This document shows positions 34,861 to 48,600 of a stretch of DNA of 64,000 bases, piece after piece; within the stretch, counting starts at the first letter, position 1; every line of letters starts with the position of its first letter. The position numbers were made by a program, and so were the translations under genes. Source of the DNA: Blasia pusilla (Eukaryota); assembly GCA_050084515.1 (NCBI GenBank), contig CM114271.1, positions 20,956,001 through 21,020,000 of the forward strand, given 5' to 3'. Below the pieces are notes generated by a model. It did not search any database and was not told where the DNA came from. It worked only from the letters and a program-made list of their open reading frames with translations.

Positions 34861-36639
34861 TAATAAATGTCTGCAGTTGGATTTTATGACTCTTGGATTT
34901 ATTGGAGAGATTTTGATACACAATAGTCTTTATGTCCAAATATCACGAGGGAATATGATATCTAGTGTTTATGAATTTGGAATTAGTGATATCCGCAAAT
35001 ATTATGTATGGACGTGTATACGTAGGACATTTTTGAACTGAGTATACCTTTCGCGCATGAAGAATTCGTGTGGGCGACCCAAGTTCTCTTGCCAATTCCA
35101 TTATAAGTGTCTCTTTTGGGCTTGAGGCTATATGATGTTGGTGATACTAACCCTCTACCATGGCAAGAACTTCTTTTGGGCTTGTTACCATGTTAGTACC
35201 GCCTTTGATATTTTTGCCACCACGAAACAATTGCTCGTGTTGGTTTGGTTAAAACCTACTAGAGTTATAAATGATATCTTTCGGTCAGCTTTCAGTTTTT
35301 TTTTTACATATGAACCTATATTGCATTCAACCTGTTCCAACTCAAGATTTGGTTTGGGACTTTTGTAATATGGGCATTTGTGCATTCGAAAGTTGTGAAG
35401 GATGATCTATGCAAGAAGTTAACCTAGACATGTCCCTCTATCTCCATCTCTAGTTCAGAGCCTACATTGTTGGGAGATGTTGCTAAAGCCTCCTCTCTCT
35501 GACCGACTTTATCATGGCAGAGAATGCTTTAATAGGTTCCAACCATAGCCTAAACATTACTGCCGAAATAAACTTCCATGTCATGCCATCATTTGAGGGA
35601 TACGATAGTGCAATTTGGGATGCTAACTCCAACCAAGGAGCTCACTCGAAAATGGGTTGATAGAAGCATTTGAGGTATTGGATTGGAACGAGATTTTACT
35701 TCAGAGTTCCCCCGGAGGAACATTGCCAAGTTGAAGTATCACAAGTAATGGAATCCCATCACTACCCAGAAATATTGGTGTGGTGACCACTTGGTACCCA
35801 AGGGAAGCTCCTGATGCAAGCCAAGTTTGGATGAAAAAGGCTGAGATATGAAAATATGACAAGGGTCCCAGGGAGCAAGATGATAAATCCTTTGTGAATA
35901 CCTTAACCGAAGCACTTCAAGGGATCTTCAACGACACATCATCGAAGAGGCAACTGAAAGTCAGAACTTTCTCTCTTGAATGGGTATTTTGAACCGGCAG
36001 AACTTGAGAACTATTTGCGGAGACTTACTTTGTTGGAACCCAGCTCAAGTTCAAGTTCCAGCCCAGGACAGGGAAAGTCCCCTTGAACCAACACAGAAAG
36101 AGCAGGATCGCAACACAATCAGAATCCTGCACCTCATGTGATAGCGGAGATGACACCTCGTCACTAACTGGTCACTTGTGCAAAATTTACATGACAAGGA
36201 GCAACAATCTAATCTGAAATGGCTAACCTAGTATGATCAGAGCTGCTTGTCAAGTTCAGTAGCCTAGCACTACACAAAGTCGTTGCACTGGTAAGTGACA
36301 TCTTTTGGAGACAACAATCAGGCAGGGTTGATGGTATTGGAGAAAATTTCTTGGATGATACCTAGAAGCTTTGCCCCGAAACTCTCTCTCCCATATAGTT
36401 CGATTCTTCACTTCTTCCCCACTCCCCATAAATCCCAGTCTTCAGAATTGTCCAACCAGAGCATGGAATCTACGGTCATGAGAGTATGAAAGGCACTACT
36501 TAATGACTACAGTCTCTCTCACTCTCTCTTCTTCTACTTGTGTATACTCTATTAGGGGATTTTTGTAACCTCATGTCAGCCCTCTACTGTGGCCAAGTAA
36601 AAAACCTGTAATATCATACATGTGATGTGATTCCTGTGC

Positions 36640-39600
36640 TTATCTATTGTACAAAAAAGAATGAATCTCTCTACCTAATGCAGATCTGCAACCAATGATG
36701 ATATCCTGGTTCTTCTGATTCAATTCCCTCAGGGGAATCAAGTCTTCCCGGCTGTCTGGGAAAAAGGAGAGGAAGTGACTCAATTGTCCAGTCCACTCCT
36801 GAAGAAATTTGAGGCTCTGCTCGGGGGGCGCAATTGCATCAGCATTTCCCAGATCTGAATAAGTGCGGGATTGATGGTCCACATTTCTAGCACGGTCCTC
36901 AACCTCAGAGCTATACAGTTCAGTGACGACCCTGCTGTCTTCATGGATTTGATCTTCTGGAGTCGGACTGCGTGCCTTCCCAAGAGAGGAGAAGTACTGG
37001 CAACTATCCAGACATACCTGGAAAATCTGCATGTAGAACGATGTTAGTGGAGTTTCTCAAGTGCAAGAATCGTTTCTTGTCCAGGAATGTTTAAGAGAAT
37101 GGTTGGTCCAAAACAGCGTACCTCACATCGATGAAGTGCACAATAAAGGAGTTTGGATAGCTGCACCGTTGCTAGTTCTAAAGTTGCAGCACCTCTACTC
37201 CAGCGTTCTTTGAGGCAATAGAATACAAGCTCATCTGCATCCAAAGCCCAACCAAAGGCTAGGGATTAGATATTTATGGAAAATGGGTCTCCCTGGCACC
37301 AACGAAAATTTACAGCAATGGCTAGAGGTCGAATATGTATGGTCAGAGATTAAAAATGAACGTTAAAAGAGTCATTAACGAAACAAACAAGTTGGTGGGA
37401 TTTCAAAATCTACATGACAAGAAGGGTTTGCGATTATAAGTTGGTCTGTATTCCAGTTTGTTGTAGACCGACACGCAATAAGGGGAGGAGGGCACCAGCA
37501 GGCAGCGGCACTATGACAACAACAGGGAAGAGGATAAACCTAACGCCAAGATCTATATATGGAATGATTGCATGACCCTCACTGAAGACTAAAACCTGGA
37601 TAAATGCAAAACAAAAAAACCTGCGTGAATGGACCAGATGACACCTTGCAGTAGAAAGTAATTTAAAGTGTTGCACGTGGGTTACAGAGAAAAGTTTTAT
37701 TCAGAGAAAAGGATATATCATATTGTGAGAGACTCAACTCATTTCAGTGGTGCCTTGTGACCACAAACCCTGCACCAAGTTCAACAGTGCTAGACACCAG
37801 GATGGATGCAGGGATTTTTTTTTTGGGGGGGGGGAAGTATCATTTGGGAGGAGGGCAACGCTCTATGGAAGGTACCTGTGTAGATTTTACATTGGTGCCA
37901 TATGAGAGGAGGGAGACTCCCTCATATAGTTTGAGTGTCGACCATACAGAGTGCTCGTTCAGGGCTTCTAAGCACCTCTTTACAACACTTTCTGCTAAGC
38001 CTGATAGGGCTTTGGGCAGTGAAACTTGGCTATTGAACAGTTTGGGTATTACCAGCGCAGCAATATCAGCATACACTGTTGCTCTTAGAGTTGTGAATTT
38101 GTTACAGGTGACCAGGTGGTGGCTTGAGGCTTCATCCCCATCATCACACAAGGTGAGGGACTTGAGTTGTGTTCCCATCCTGTTGACAGAGAGAACCTTT
38201 GGTAGTCTTGTGGAAAATTGAGAACACACGTAGTGGAATTAAGAGGCAGAATTAGAGTGGTGTCGTCAGTTTGGCAAGGTCATTATGTCTTCTTCATATT
38301 AGTGAGATGTGTTCAAAATCCAAGTCCAACTATAATATGCCTCTATACAGCATTTAAGAGTTCAATGGTTACAGGTCAAGCTCCTCATACCAGTTAAGTA
38401 GTGAAATTCGAAGTATAGGGTCTCATAGTCTGTAGAAGCGTGATTGGAGGTGCGTAAACATTGTAGGCATTCCTCAAGAGCGTGGAACTTTGCTTCGTTC
38501 AATCTATTCCGCACCTGCTGCCTTACTAATGGGCGAGGCCCCAAACCCCCATCCTCAGTCCTACCCTTGCCTTTCTTCATATCAACTTGCATTCCTGTCT
38601 GAAAGTTTCCAGAGGTCAGTCCAGCCAGCACATGACTTGTCAGAGAGTAGAAGCTACTCAAGAAGCAAGTAATCAAAAGCTCCAGGCGATTGAATGGATA
38701 TGAATTTTTTCGCCTGCACAGTCCAGTTAAAAGAGTCTTAGCACAACAGTCCAGCACAAGATCAATGACCTTAAATTGCTATCCAGCTTACAAAATGAAC
38801 AATGATGCTTTTGTTCAAAGAAGACCTTTAAGATAACCATATCAAAATTCAAATGAACATTGTGCTCTTTACTACTTCTACTTTCCTGAACTTGCTGGCT
38901 GACTAACCTCAGCATAGAATGGCACATCACATCTAGAACAACGAGCTACGTCTTACCCTGGTGCAGCAAAGAAGTTGCGTAAATGCCCCGCTGTGATGCG
39001 CAAGCTAACCGTGTATTTCTCTCGAGGGTTGGAGAGGTTGTAGATAGTAAGGTGCTCTTCAACGTACTTTTGCTTTAAAATCGTCTTTTGGTGTACACGA
39101 AGGCTTTCCAGGTTTGGTCTGACAACAATCACGTGGAATGATTCACTAAGGTTATTTTTGTCTCCAGTTTCTTCTCTGATTAGATTTTGAGAATTGAAAG
39201 AAGCGCAGGGTACAATCTGTGCTTCTGGGTAATCTGCAGCAAAGAATTGAGAATCGTTCTTTACTACGTATTGAAGTGAACGATGTGCGTAGAGGTTTCT
39301 TATAACCAACATCTGAAGCGGGGGAAGAAGCTCAATATCATCGTCCCGGTGCAACTTTCCTACGGGTCCGGTCAGGGATGCAGATTTCATAGCCTTGATA
39401 GGAGGGTCTTCATTCACTTTCCCACACCCAGAATGGTTTGCTATCTCTTCTGGAATGGGCATAAAATTTTGTACTCCTGTCGACCCAACCACAGCTACAC
39501 TTTCAATCAGAGGGGCATTGACGGGACCATTGTCAGCAGCGCAATCTCCATTTAATTCCGGTGCCCAATTGAAATTTATGCCTTGCGCTTGCCGGCGTGC

Positions 39601-42600
39601 TGAGAAGACAATATCTGTTGTTGATATACCAATCTGTGGGTACCGGCACTTCGCCCTGAACGGTATGCACTGTTGATAATCCTGCAGACACGAACCAAAA
39701 GTCCAAATCCTTTTTTCTTGAGTACTATTGCAACTACCGACTCATATGGGTGGAAATGGAAGCTGACTTATACGGAGGACGATACTATTACGCTAGTTCA
39801 AAAGGTCTACACAAAGAGGTGATATGGTGTTGATTGGCGACTTTAGTGGAAAACAGAATCGGAGCAACCTTTGACCTGCTCGTAGAAATTACGAACGAAT
39901 TAGATCGTGTCCAAGTATCTCGCCATTTTCTTCCCACTCTCCACCAGAATATGAAAGGATATCTACATGAACAAAGAATCGGACCTACATAACAGAAATA
40001 GTTTCTTCACCAGGCAATAGCAATCTTTGTTTGAGCCCTGACTTACAGATAGTCTGGTTTAAGAGATGTTGATAATTCGGTCCTATGGGGTGTTTGTCAT
40101 GGTGTTCTTTCACCTGGGACAAAGATTTCTGGAAGAAACCAGCTAAAATATGAAATTCTACACAGCTAATGAATTCATGTTGGTATATCACTAGAAAAGC
40201 GCACACACCTTAATAAGACGACAATTGACAAATATATTTGCTGACATCTCATCGCAAGTGTCTTCTGTAATGGGCCTTTTCTTTGCAGGGCCTGGGCAAA
40301 AGTGAATCCAAATGCGTAGACTGCAACGCAAATAAAGTATGATGAATAGACAGTAATCAAAGCGGCTTGCCGATCTTAGTGTGGAATAGAAGTAAAGTGC
40401 TATCACTCATCTTTTTTGATGGCCATTATTTGAGGTTGAAATCTACTAACCAGAGGTGCGCAACTTATTATAGACAGTCTGCTACAATGAGACTCACCTG
40501 CTCTTAGCTCCAAGCGTAATAGAACTGAAACGCTTCAAAGACGTATTCGCAAGGGAGAAGTTGAGCTCTGTTGATTCATTGTGGTCCAAGCTGGAAGATA
40601 GAAGAAACTCCATGGCAACTGGAGCCTCGTTCACCACTGCAAATGAACGATTTCGATACCAGAAGTTGTAATAGACCTCTCCCATGTCTATGATCTTCAC
40701 CTCTGACCTGGCAAGTTGTAATGGAATCATCAAACAGAATACTCAAGTCAGCACCATCTTCCTTGCATGGCACATATGATGTTGGGCTTCTTACATCATG
40801 CATAGAAGTTTCAAGATGCTGAACGCACACAAAACCTGAACGAATCTCATCAAACCGACATTACACATGCTGCATCAGTAAAATTCATCGGCAGATCCAT
40901 CAATTGCTTACATACCTGTCACCTTGCACAAGGACGTGAAAAAATGTCAGAGATGGTGCCTCCGGGCGGGCATTGCGGGGAGCTACCACTTCCAGGCTGA
41001 GATGGACAGTTTTCAAATCAGCTGGATTCTCCAGGTTTTCCACCACCAAGTACGTAGAATACACACCTGCCAAGGAGAATGAATGAATGAATGAATATTA
41101 GCTCCAAAAGCTTAACAAACAGGACAAATTACACCACAAACACATGTTTAAGTCACAATTGCAGTAGTTGGACAGATGAGAAGCCTTGGTTCACCGGCTG
41201 GTTCCCTCCATAGTTACATGCAGACTTGTATTCTAATGTCATTTTTCTGTTGCATCAACTTTGTTTGGATTCCTTCGATGGAGTGATCACTAACTTCAGA
41301 GGCTACAAACCTGTGTATTTAACGAGGAGAAGCTCTTCAACATCGTTGAATCCATTATTATGATCATTTACTTCATCACATATCTTCTCATAATTGATCT
41401 ACTTCTCTGGTATTGGTCTTTGTAATATTTATCGATGTTGTATTAAATACACTGTTTGTAAATAACTCTGCTCATTCTCTACGGGTGCAATCAGATGTTA
41501 GAAGACTGGCAACCTCTCTTGGTGACTCGCACATACTCAGCCTCACAGAGAATCAACAGGAGCGATTAATGTATCTCACCCATTGCTTTCGTGGAAAACG
41601 AAAGTTGTACTATTTTCTGCTGTGCTGCCTCCACAAGTCCACTTGGACTGCTTATGCTTAGCCAGCTCGCATCTCCTCCAGTAATGGTGCACAACCGATA
41701 ATGTATTGGCCACGCTTTGTCTCCCACAAGAGTCAAGTCCCAATTCAGATGTCCTCCTGATGAAATGTTTTGTTGGCCAAGATTAAACTCGTAACAAAGG
41801 AGACTGCCCCCCACTGGAGTGCAACCCCGCAGTCCAAGAACAAGGGGGAACCCTTGCCCTGCTCGGGAAGCTTCCTTCACAACCTTTTCATCAAATGACA
41901 GTTCCCTGAACCGAACCTCGGATGATTTTTTACCACCTTCTAATGTAAGCTCCTGACTCTTTGCAGGAGGTCGGATTCTGACAACTATGCGCTCAGAACT
42001 CCTATCAGGCTTCTGACTTTCAACATCATGGACAACTAGTATGATAGCCAAAGGTTCAGGGTCAAGATCATCTCCTCCTGAAGCCCCTAGGACACTGTCA
42101 TACACATCTCTAGACCAAGGTCGTGATTTGACGAGAATTTCAACACTTCCATGAGGTGGAATTGAGCCCTCCAAAGGCTGTACAACAACATAATCAAAAG
42201 GAAGTTTTGCCTGAGGATCTTGATGGAGGCCACTTGGAAGTACAGAGAATTGCAGCGACTGAAATGCTCTAAAGTTCCTGATCACAACAATTTGTGACGA
42301 TCCTACTAAGTCATGTCTGCCCTCCCATCCTATAGTCAATTTGTTAGCGTGTTCTGTGTCGTCTGGGTTTCCTGTTCTAGGTCGGATCTCCTCGTCTGCC
42401 ATTCGCGCCTGCGATGAACTTCTAGTGTCACCAAAAAGCAAGAAAAAAGTAGAATTGAAAAAGCAGAGACTGAGCTAATCTCAATAATTTTTCCAGTGGT
42501 TGTAATTGCTGTTTCAGCTTCCAAAAAAGCAAGATGACTGCACAGAAGTTCCTAATTTGAAACACCGACGACACGGAACTAAACTTCGAGAATGACTGAA

Positions 42601-45600
42601 CAAAAATCTTAGTCTATATTCATATAGCTGGGATACCGAGTCACCGACCTGAAGATGAAGAGTACGAGGAGATACATCGAAGGGTGAACCTTGTAAGAGT
42701 GCTCCATGGATAGGAATGCAATCCGGTAAATGTGGAGATGAAAACAGGTACAACTGTCCCATGCAAACTGTATTTGCAATCTCAGAACCCCCATGTGATA
42801 TGTGATCTGCGTCCAGATCTGGATACATACGCCCGTTTGCGAGTCCAATCTCTTGGCAATTGATACCTGCCTCATCGATATCCTTCACTATGTCAGGCAC
42901 GATTTTATCCGAACACTTGATGTTTATTGCATCTTCACTCCCTACACGAGAAGGTCTCCTGTATGTCACATGCTGCACGAGAAAGTGGGAGGGTAAATTG
43001 TCAGAAATAGGACGTGCACATATACGCAGCTCAGTTTTTTCCCCTGGCTCTAAAGTCAGCTCCCCAATAGTTGTATTTGTCGGTGACACGACCTCCAACA
43101 TAACCTGCAGTCATAGCAGTATTGGAATTTAGTCATTGATTAAGAATAGGTGAGGGTGAGTTTTAGCTGTTGAATTTAACAGTCAAATTTTTCATGCAGA
43201 TGTCACTTTAGCTCTACTGCTCCAGTTCTAAGTTCAGGTATTAAATTCTTTTAGTTAGATCTAATTTAAGTAGCTCTAATGTGTTGTGCTGCTTTGTTGT
43301 GCTGTCAAATCCACCAGATGCTTTATTATGATGTGCTATCCACTACACCTACTGTTCTGCTGTACTACTCTGTTGTGCTGTCCTTCCTGATTCATGCTCA
43401 TGGTTTGATGTGGTGTTCATCCTTATCCCATGCGTACTTCCTTCATAGTCTCATCCCTCTACATAAGAGCCCCAAACCCTATAGGATTCCCGTGGACAGT
43501 AACTCACGTCATTCATTCATCCATTCTGTCCCCAGCCTCATTCTCCTCCATCGTATCTTGAGATCGAGATTGGTTCATGCACATCTGACTTGCTAGTGTC
43601 TGGGTTAACCAAGAAGGAAATGTGAAGCTGTACTGCTAAATACTCCTGTCATTGCCTTTGTGTTCTCTAATAAGTTGTTGCTTCAACTTGGAGCAAACAA
43701 TTTGAAAGAGGAGTTCCATAACAGCCCTGTATTCAATCCGTTGTATTCTCTTTCACATGTGAGCAAACTGATTTTATAGATGCACGTTTGCTAATTACTG
43801 GAAGATTCTGTCGAGATCTAATTCCTTTTTTGATTTTGAATTCTTGAAAGTTACATCTGAGAGGAACTGAGTATTGATTTCAACATTCAGGACAGGAACA
43901 CTGTCACACAGAGTTGATGGTCAAGTACTATATACCAATGACTCTGTTTCTTCAGCTTGCTGCAGTTGTAGAGCCACACCCAATGGCTCCAGAGACAAAT
44001 TCTCCACCTGTTGTGGGCATGCAAACACGAACGGTCACTCTTTCATACATGTCCATAACTGTTGATTTATTTCCCCTCAGTTTGAAGGTGAACAAGCCAA
44101 AGAAATAGCCAATCCATCTTTTCATAGTTCATTGAAGTGCACACATACCACAAACTGCGTGATGCAGGGTGGAGCGTTCGGTAGAGGAGGTAATGTAAGA
44201 GGTGGTAACAACAATGTAGACTCTGTCAAGCCCCCCAAGCGAAGAGTGCACACAGTTAATTCCGCTTCGACTACTAGCTCCATCAGGTTGTTGGGATTGT
44301 TGCAATTACGCAGACAAATCTGCCATGTGCAAAGTCCAGCTTCCTTCACATGTTCCAGCTTTGAAGTACATAGAGTGATGCTCAATGTCCTGGAACTCCT
44401 GGCAGGCACATAGCTTCTCTTTTCATTCTCTTGAAATCCCTTGTGCAGCTCCTTCGTGGATATTGAGAAGAATTCTGGAACATCGACTAGCTGATAAACT
44501 AGAATTGCGTCACTAGTATTCTCCACAGTAATCTCAAACTCAACATCCGCCCACCTGTTTGCATATCCAACCTTACCCAGTTCTACATGACGCTTTGCAA
44601 GCTTCCCTCTTGAAACACAGATTGAAGCCATGATATTTAACACTTCCACAGTGTCATGAGCAATATTGACCTGATCAGATGGGTGTGTGGCAAGTAAAAT
44701 GTCTTTACTTCTTCCTGTAGAAGAACTCTGTACTTTTACAAATGTCAGCAATCCTTCAATTTTAGACAATTTACCAGCACTAAGACGATCAATATCTGAC
44801 ACCCACAATCGACCAAGATCCAAGAAAGATACGAAGATTCTGGTTATAGAAAAAGGCTCCACGACAAATCCTCCTCCACAAGGTGCAAGGTTGGTGACGA
44901 GCTCAGACAAATCTCCTCTGATCAACTCCTCATATACCTTGTCCCCAAACTGAGACTTATTATATGCCTCCACAACCTCAATCCCTCCAAGTGTTTCATC
45001 ACGTACTGTAGACATAGCAATCTGAGAGACGTTGGCAGAGTATTCCTCTTTTCTCCCTACTTCATATGCGGCACTGAGGTTGTTCTGTGTATCTACAAGC
45101 ACTGGTAGGTTACTGAAAGGCTGCAAATAAATGCGCTCTTGCAAATGATTTCTGATGACCAGTGAAGAGTGATAAGGACGAAGGTCAGAGATTGAATAAT
45201 CAGAAACCTCTAAGCTCTCCAAAGTAGAGGAGCCAGCTGATATTGTTCGTTTGTGGACTGGTGAGATAAAAACGGTTCCCAGGTCAAGAACAGAATTTGG
45301 TTCCAGCAGCACACCATCTTCACACCCAAAACCTCCGAACCTCTTCACCTGCCTGTCAGTCAATCCATCCGTTTTGCCGAATGATCTGGTCAAACTTGCA
45401 CAAAAGAAATCTCCAGCAGACAGTGTCTTCCGAATTTGTCTACTAACCGCCTGTTCGATTCCTGCTTCATTTGTAGGTGATAATGGTAGAACATGAACAC
45501 TACTTTCTAAATTAGTACTTATTTTTCCGTTCGTAAGCCTAGATTTTTCTGCTGGATGAGAATCTAGACCCGGGAGGGTAAAGGTACTATCTTGCTTGTA

Positions 45601-48600
45601 GTGGCAATGAGACAGCGATGGCTCTGGATTAGATTCGACTAGACCTCCATCCACAAATAGGCGGAGTACTACCTCTGCAGTCTGTCCCAAACAAGAAAGA
45701 TTTTGAACAACCACCTTGTCTTCGATAAGACCATAGGCAATCACTGGCAAGGAGAACTTCACAGTCATATCTGACTTTCCAAAACTTCCATTAATGCGCG
45801 CAGCCTCCTTGCCAACCAAGCGTCCTTCAGGAACAGAAAGCACTGCTTTCTTTGAGGTCAAAGAAAAATGCAAGGGCATCTGGGTACTAGGATTGGAAAC
45901 CAGGAAATCACCCGTCACAAATCCCCCGACTTCTGTCACACGGCCCAAATCGATCATTGGTGTTGAAACTTGCAAGAGGCTCCTACCAACTACTGCTCGA
46001 AACTTCACCATGATTTCATCCACAGCTTTCTCTTGGCTCGAACTTCCAACCCCTCCCACATCTGTACGTATTGAACGTGCAGTAATCCTCATTCCACCAA
46101 TAATTTCTCTGCACTGCCCTCCTTCAAAGGCTGTTGCATCCCCGCTAGGTCGTAAGCACATAAAGACAGTCGTGTGTGCACGACCAGTCAAGTGCAACTC
46201 ATCTGTTCGCTTCAGACCTTGTGAACTAGTCGAAATATATACCTGCTTTGCCAGATTGGATCGAAATGACAGGAGCAGCGACTCAGATGCAAGGTTTTGC
46301 AGCCTCAGTGGGACAACCTTTTCACAAGAGGGAGCGTTTATGAAGCAAAAGCCCATATCTAGAGCACTTCCATCTGGCAGGTCAGGCAAATGCAGACAAA
46401 GAACCCTTGTTGGCAACATTGATATACCAACGTGGGTTTCAGAGAGGCATGATGAACTTTGTAGATGAACCGAATACATCTGCTTTCCAGGCTTCACTGG
46501 TCGACCAGTGACTTTCATAGTTACAGATGCATGGCCTTCAATCTGTCCACAAACAGGACTCACACACATAACTGAATCATTAGAAGCCGGAACAAGACCT
46601 TCCGCCATAATTTCACCAGACGAGGCACTTGAAAGGTCGGTGAGTCTAACGATATTATCAGATGAGAGCTTCTTCTTCCATCCTGTCACTCTTGCAGTGA
46701 AAGTCAGAGTTGATCCTGTCCTGTTTTTTATGATCAAATCTTGAATAAGTACAGTGTTAAGGTCCGACTCGGGGAAAACTATACTGGATGGAACCACTTT
46801 GATGCATCTTTCGAGTTGCTTCACGTGAACGAGCAACTGTTGTGACAACCCATCATCAGGCCGTGCCTGCATGGTTAGCACCCCTGTAGCTTGCGTCTTC
46901 CGCTCATATGCTCCAGGTACTCTACTGCCTTCAACGCCACTAAGATTTGAATGGCATGCCAGCATATTGAGCTCCAGAGATTCATCTGGACGAGTAAGTG
47001 TCACCACTGAGACTGTGCCACTTTTCAGTAACAACGATGACACGAATATATTGTCCACAGTCGAATAGTCAGAAGCCTCAGGTTTTTCCCAACGTAATTT
47101 TCTGGGATTCAAATGCGCAGAAAAGATGGCCAAATTTCCACCTTCCACGTACGATCCTATACCGTCATCAAGATTGCCTACCCACAAGTCCACAGAATCG
47201 GGCTCGCCGTCCCACGCAAGGTGTAACTGGATCCAAATGTCTTGGGGTGCAACTGACCTGATTGCAAAAGATCCCTCCCTTCTATCATGGTCGGGTGAAT
47301 CTTCTAGAATCAATTCCCCTACAAAGAACGCCTTGGCTAACTCTTGGTCTTTGTGAGAAGCTAAACTTCTAGCCAGAGCTGCAGCGGATGACAAATCCAT
47401 TCCCATATCATCATCACCATCTCTTTGTTCAAGTAACCTTACTGCTTGATCTTGTGACGATTGCAGGAGGTCTATCTTGAAGAGTGGCTCGAGCCCAAAG
47501 AGACCACTATAACTTTCAGATCTGCTGCCATCATCTTCATCCAAACCAATTCCTTCAGATACATTGTCCGTGGGAGTAAGTCCCTCTCCCTCTTCACCCC
47601 ACTGTAGAATATGGTTCTTTGAACCCCATTGATCTCCACTCAATACATGATTAAAGCTGGTAGCTAAGTTACGTGAGGCAGAGGAACCCCCACCTACCTG
47701 GTCCCTAGTCAAAATTGAACCATCAAAAGGAGATGCAGATGAGCATAGATCAGGTGATGAACTTCTGAAAAGACTCTGTATTGCAGCTGATTGAGGGGTG
47801 TCACCCGCCAGCGGAGAAGTAGGAGTTGAACTTTCAGGAGACAAACTTGGGGACGGTGCCATCAGGGGATGGCAGGACACTCCTGGAGTCATGGTTTGCT
47901 GTTCAATCTCAAAAGCGTAAGATCAGAAAAAGGAAGGAAGGCACAACACGGATGAACATCCGCAACAAATCTGAAGATTCCATATCATTCATAAACATAG
48001 TAATTCAATCATTGAGAAATAAAGAAAACGGTTATTTCTCCTTCACATCTCTACAGTCGAAACACTCCTATTTATGGACTACATTCAGATCTTTATGCTT
48101 GTTCATCTCGCTGTGATTTACATCTACTGGTACTGCAAAAGTACGCGGCAATAGATTAGTGCAGATTCAAAACACTGCTTACCAGCTTCAAGTTAAAAGG
48201 CTTTGAATGAAGTGTCACAGGCATATCTTCAAGGGCAGCATCCTGGAGCAAAGTCGCTTCATAGTGCACTTTCTTCACATTATCCTGAAATTTTTCACCC
48301 ATGATGACTGCTCAATAAACTTATGTCATCTACGCCTGATTCCTTACCACAACCAGTTCCTTTTTTCTTTACCAAGGTCCTAATTTGAGATCCAGGAATT
48401 CCTGACCAACGTTAAAATGATTATTGTGATACTCTGCCGGCCACTCAACGTCTACTTCAAGCTAACTCAGCTGCTGGATAACTCCAGAGCTTGATATAAG
48501 ATACTGCTGGCTCCCCCAAACAGATTGCATGAGATAGAACAGCAACTGAATGACTTGAAAGAATCAGAGAATTGTTACCTGGTTTTTACTCTCATAAGCA

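Noticed and set aside
35000-36500. Possible LINE or gene relic downstream of the large gene
   Set aside because: No ORF or motif that I can support.
44132-47356. Plus-strand ORFs such as 45794-46468 (224 aa)
   Set aside because: Antisense to the 1256-codon exon and without motifs.
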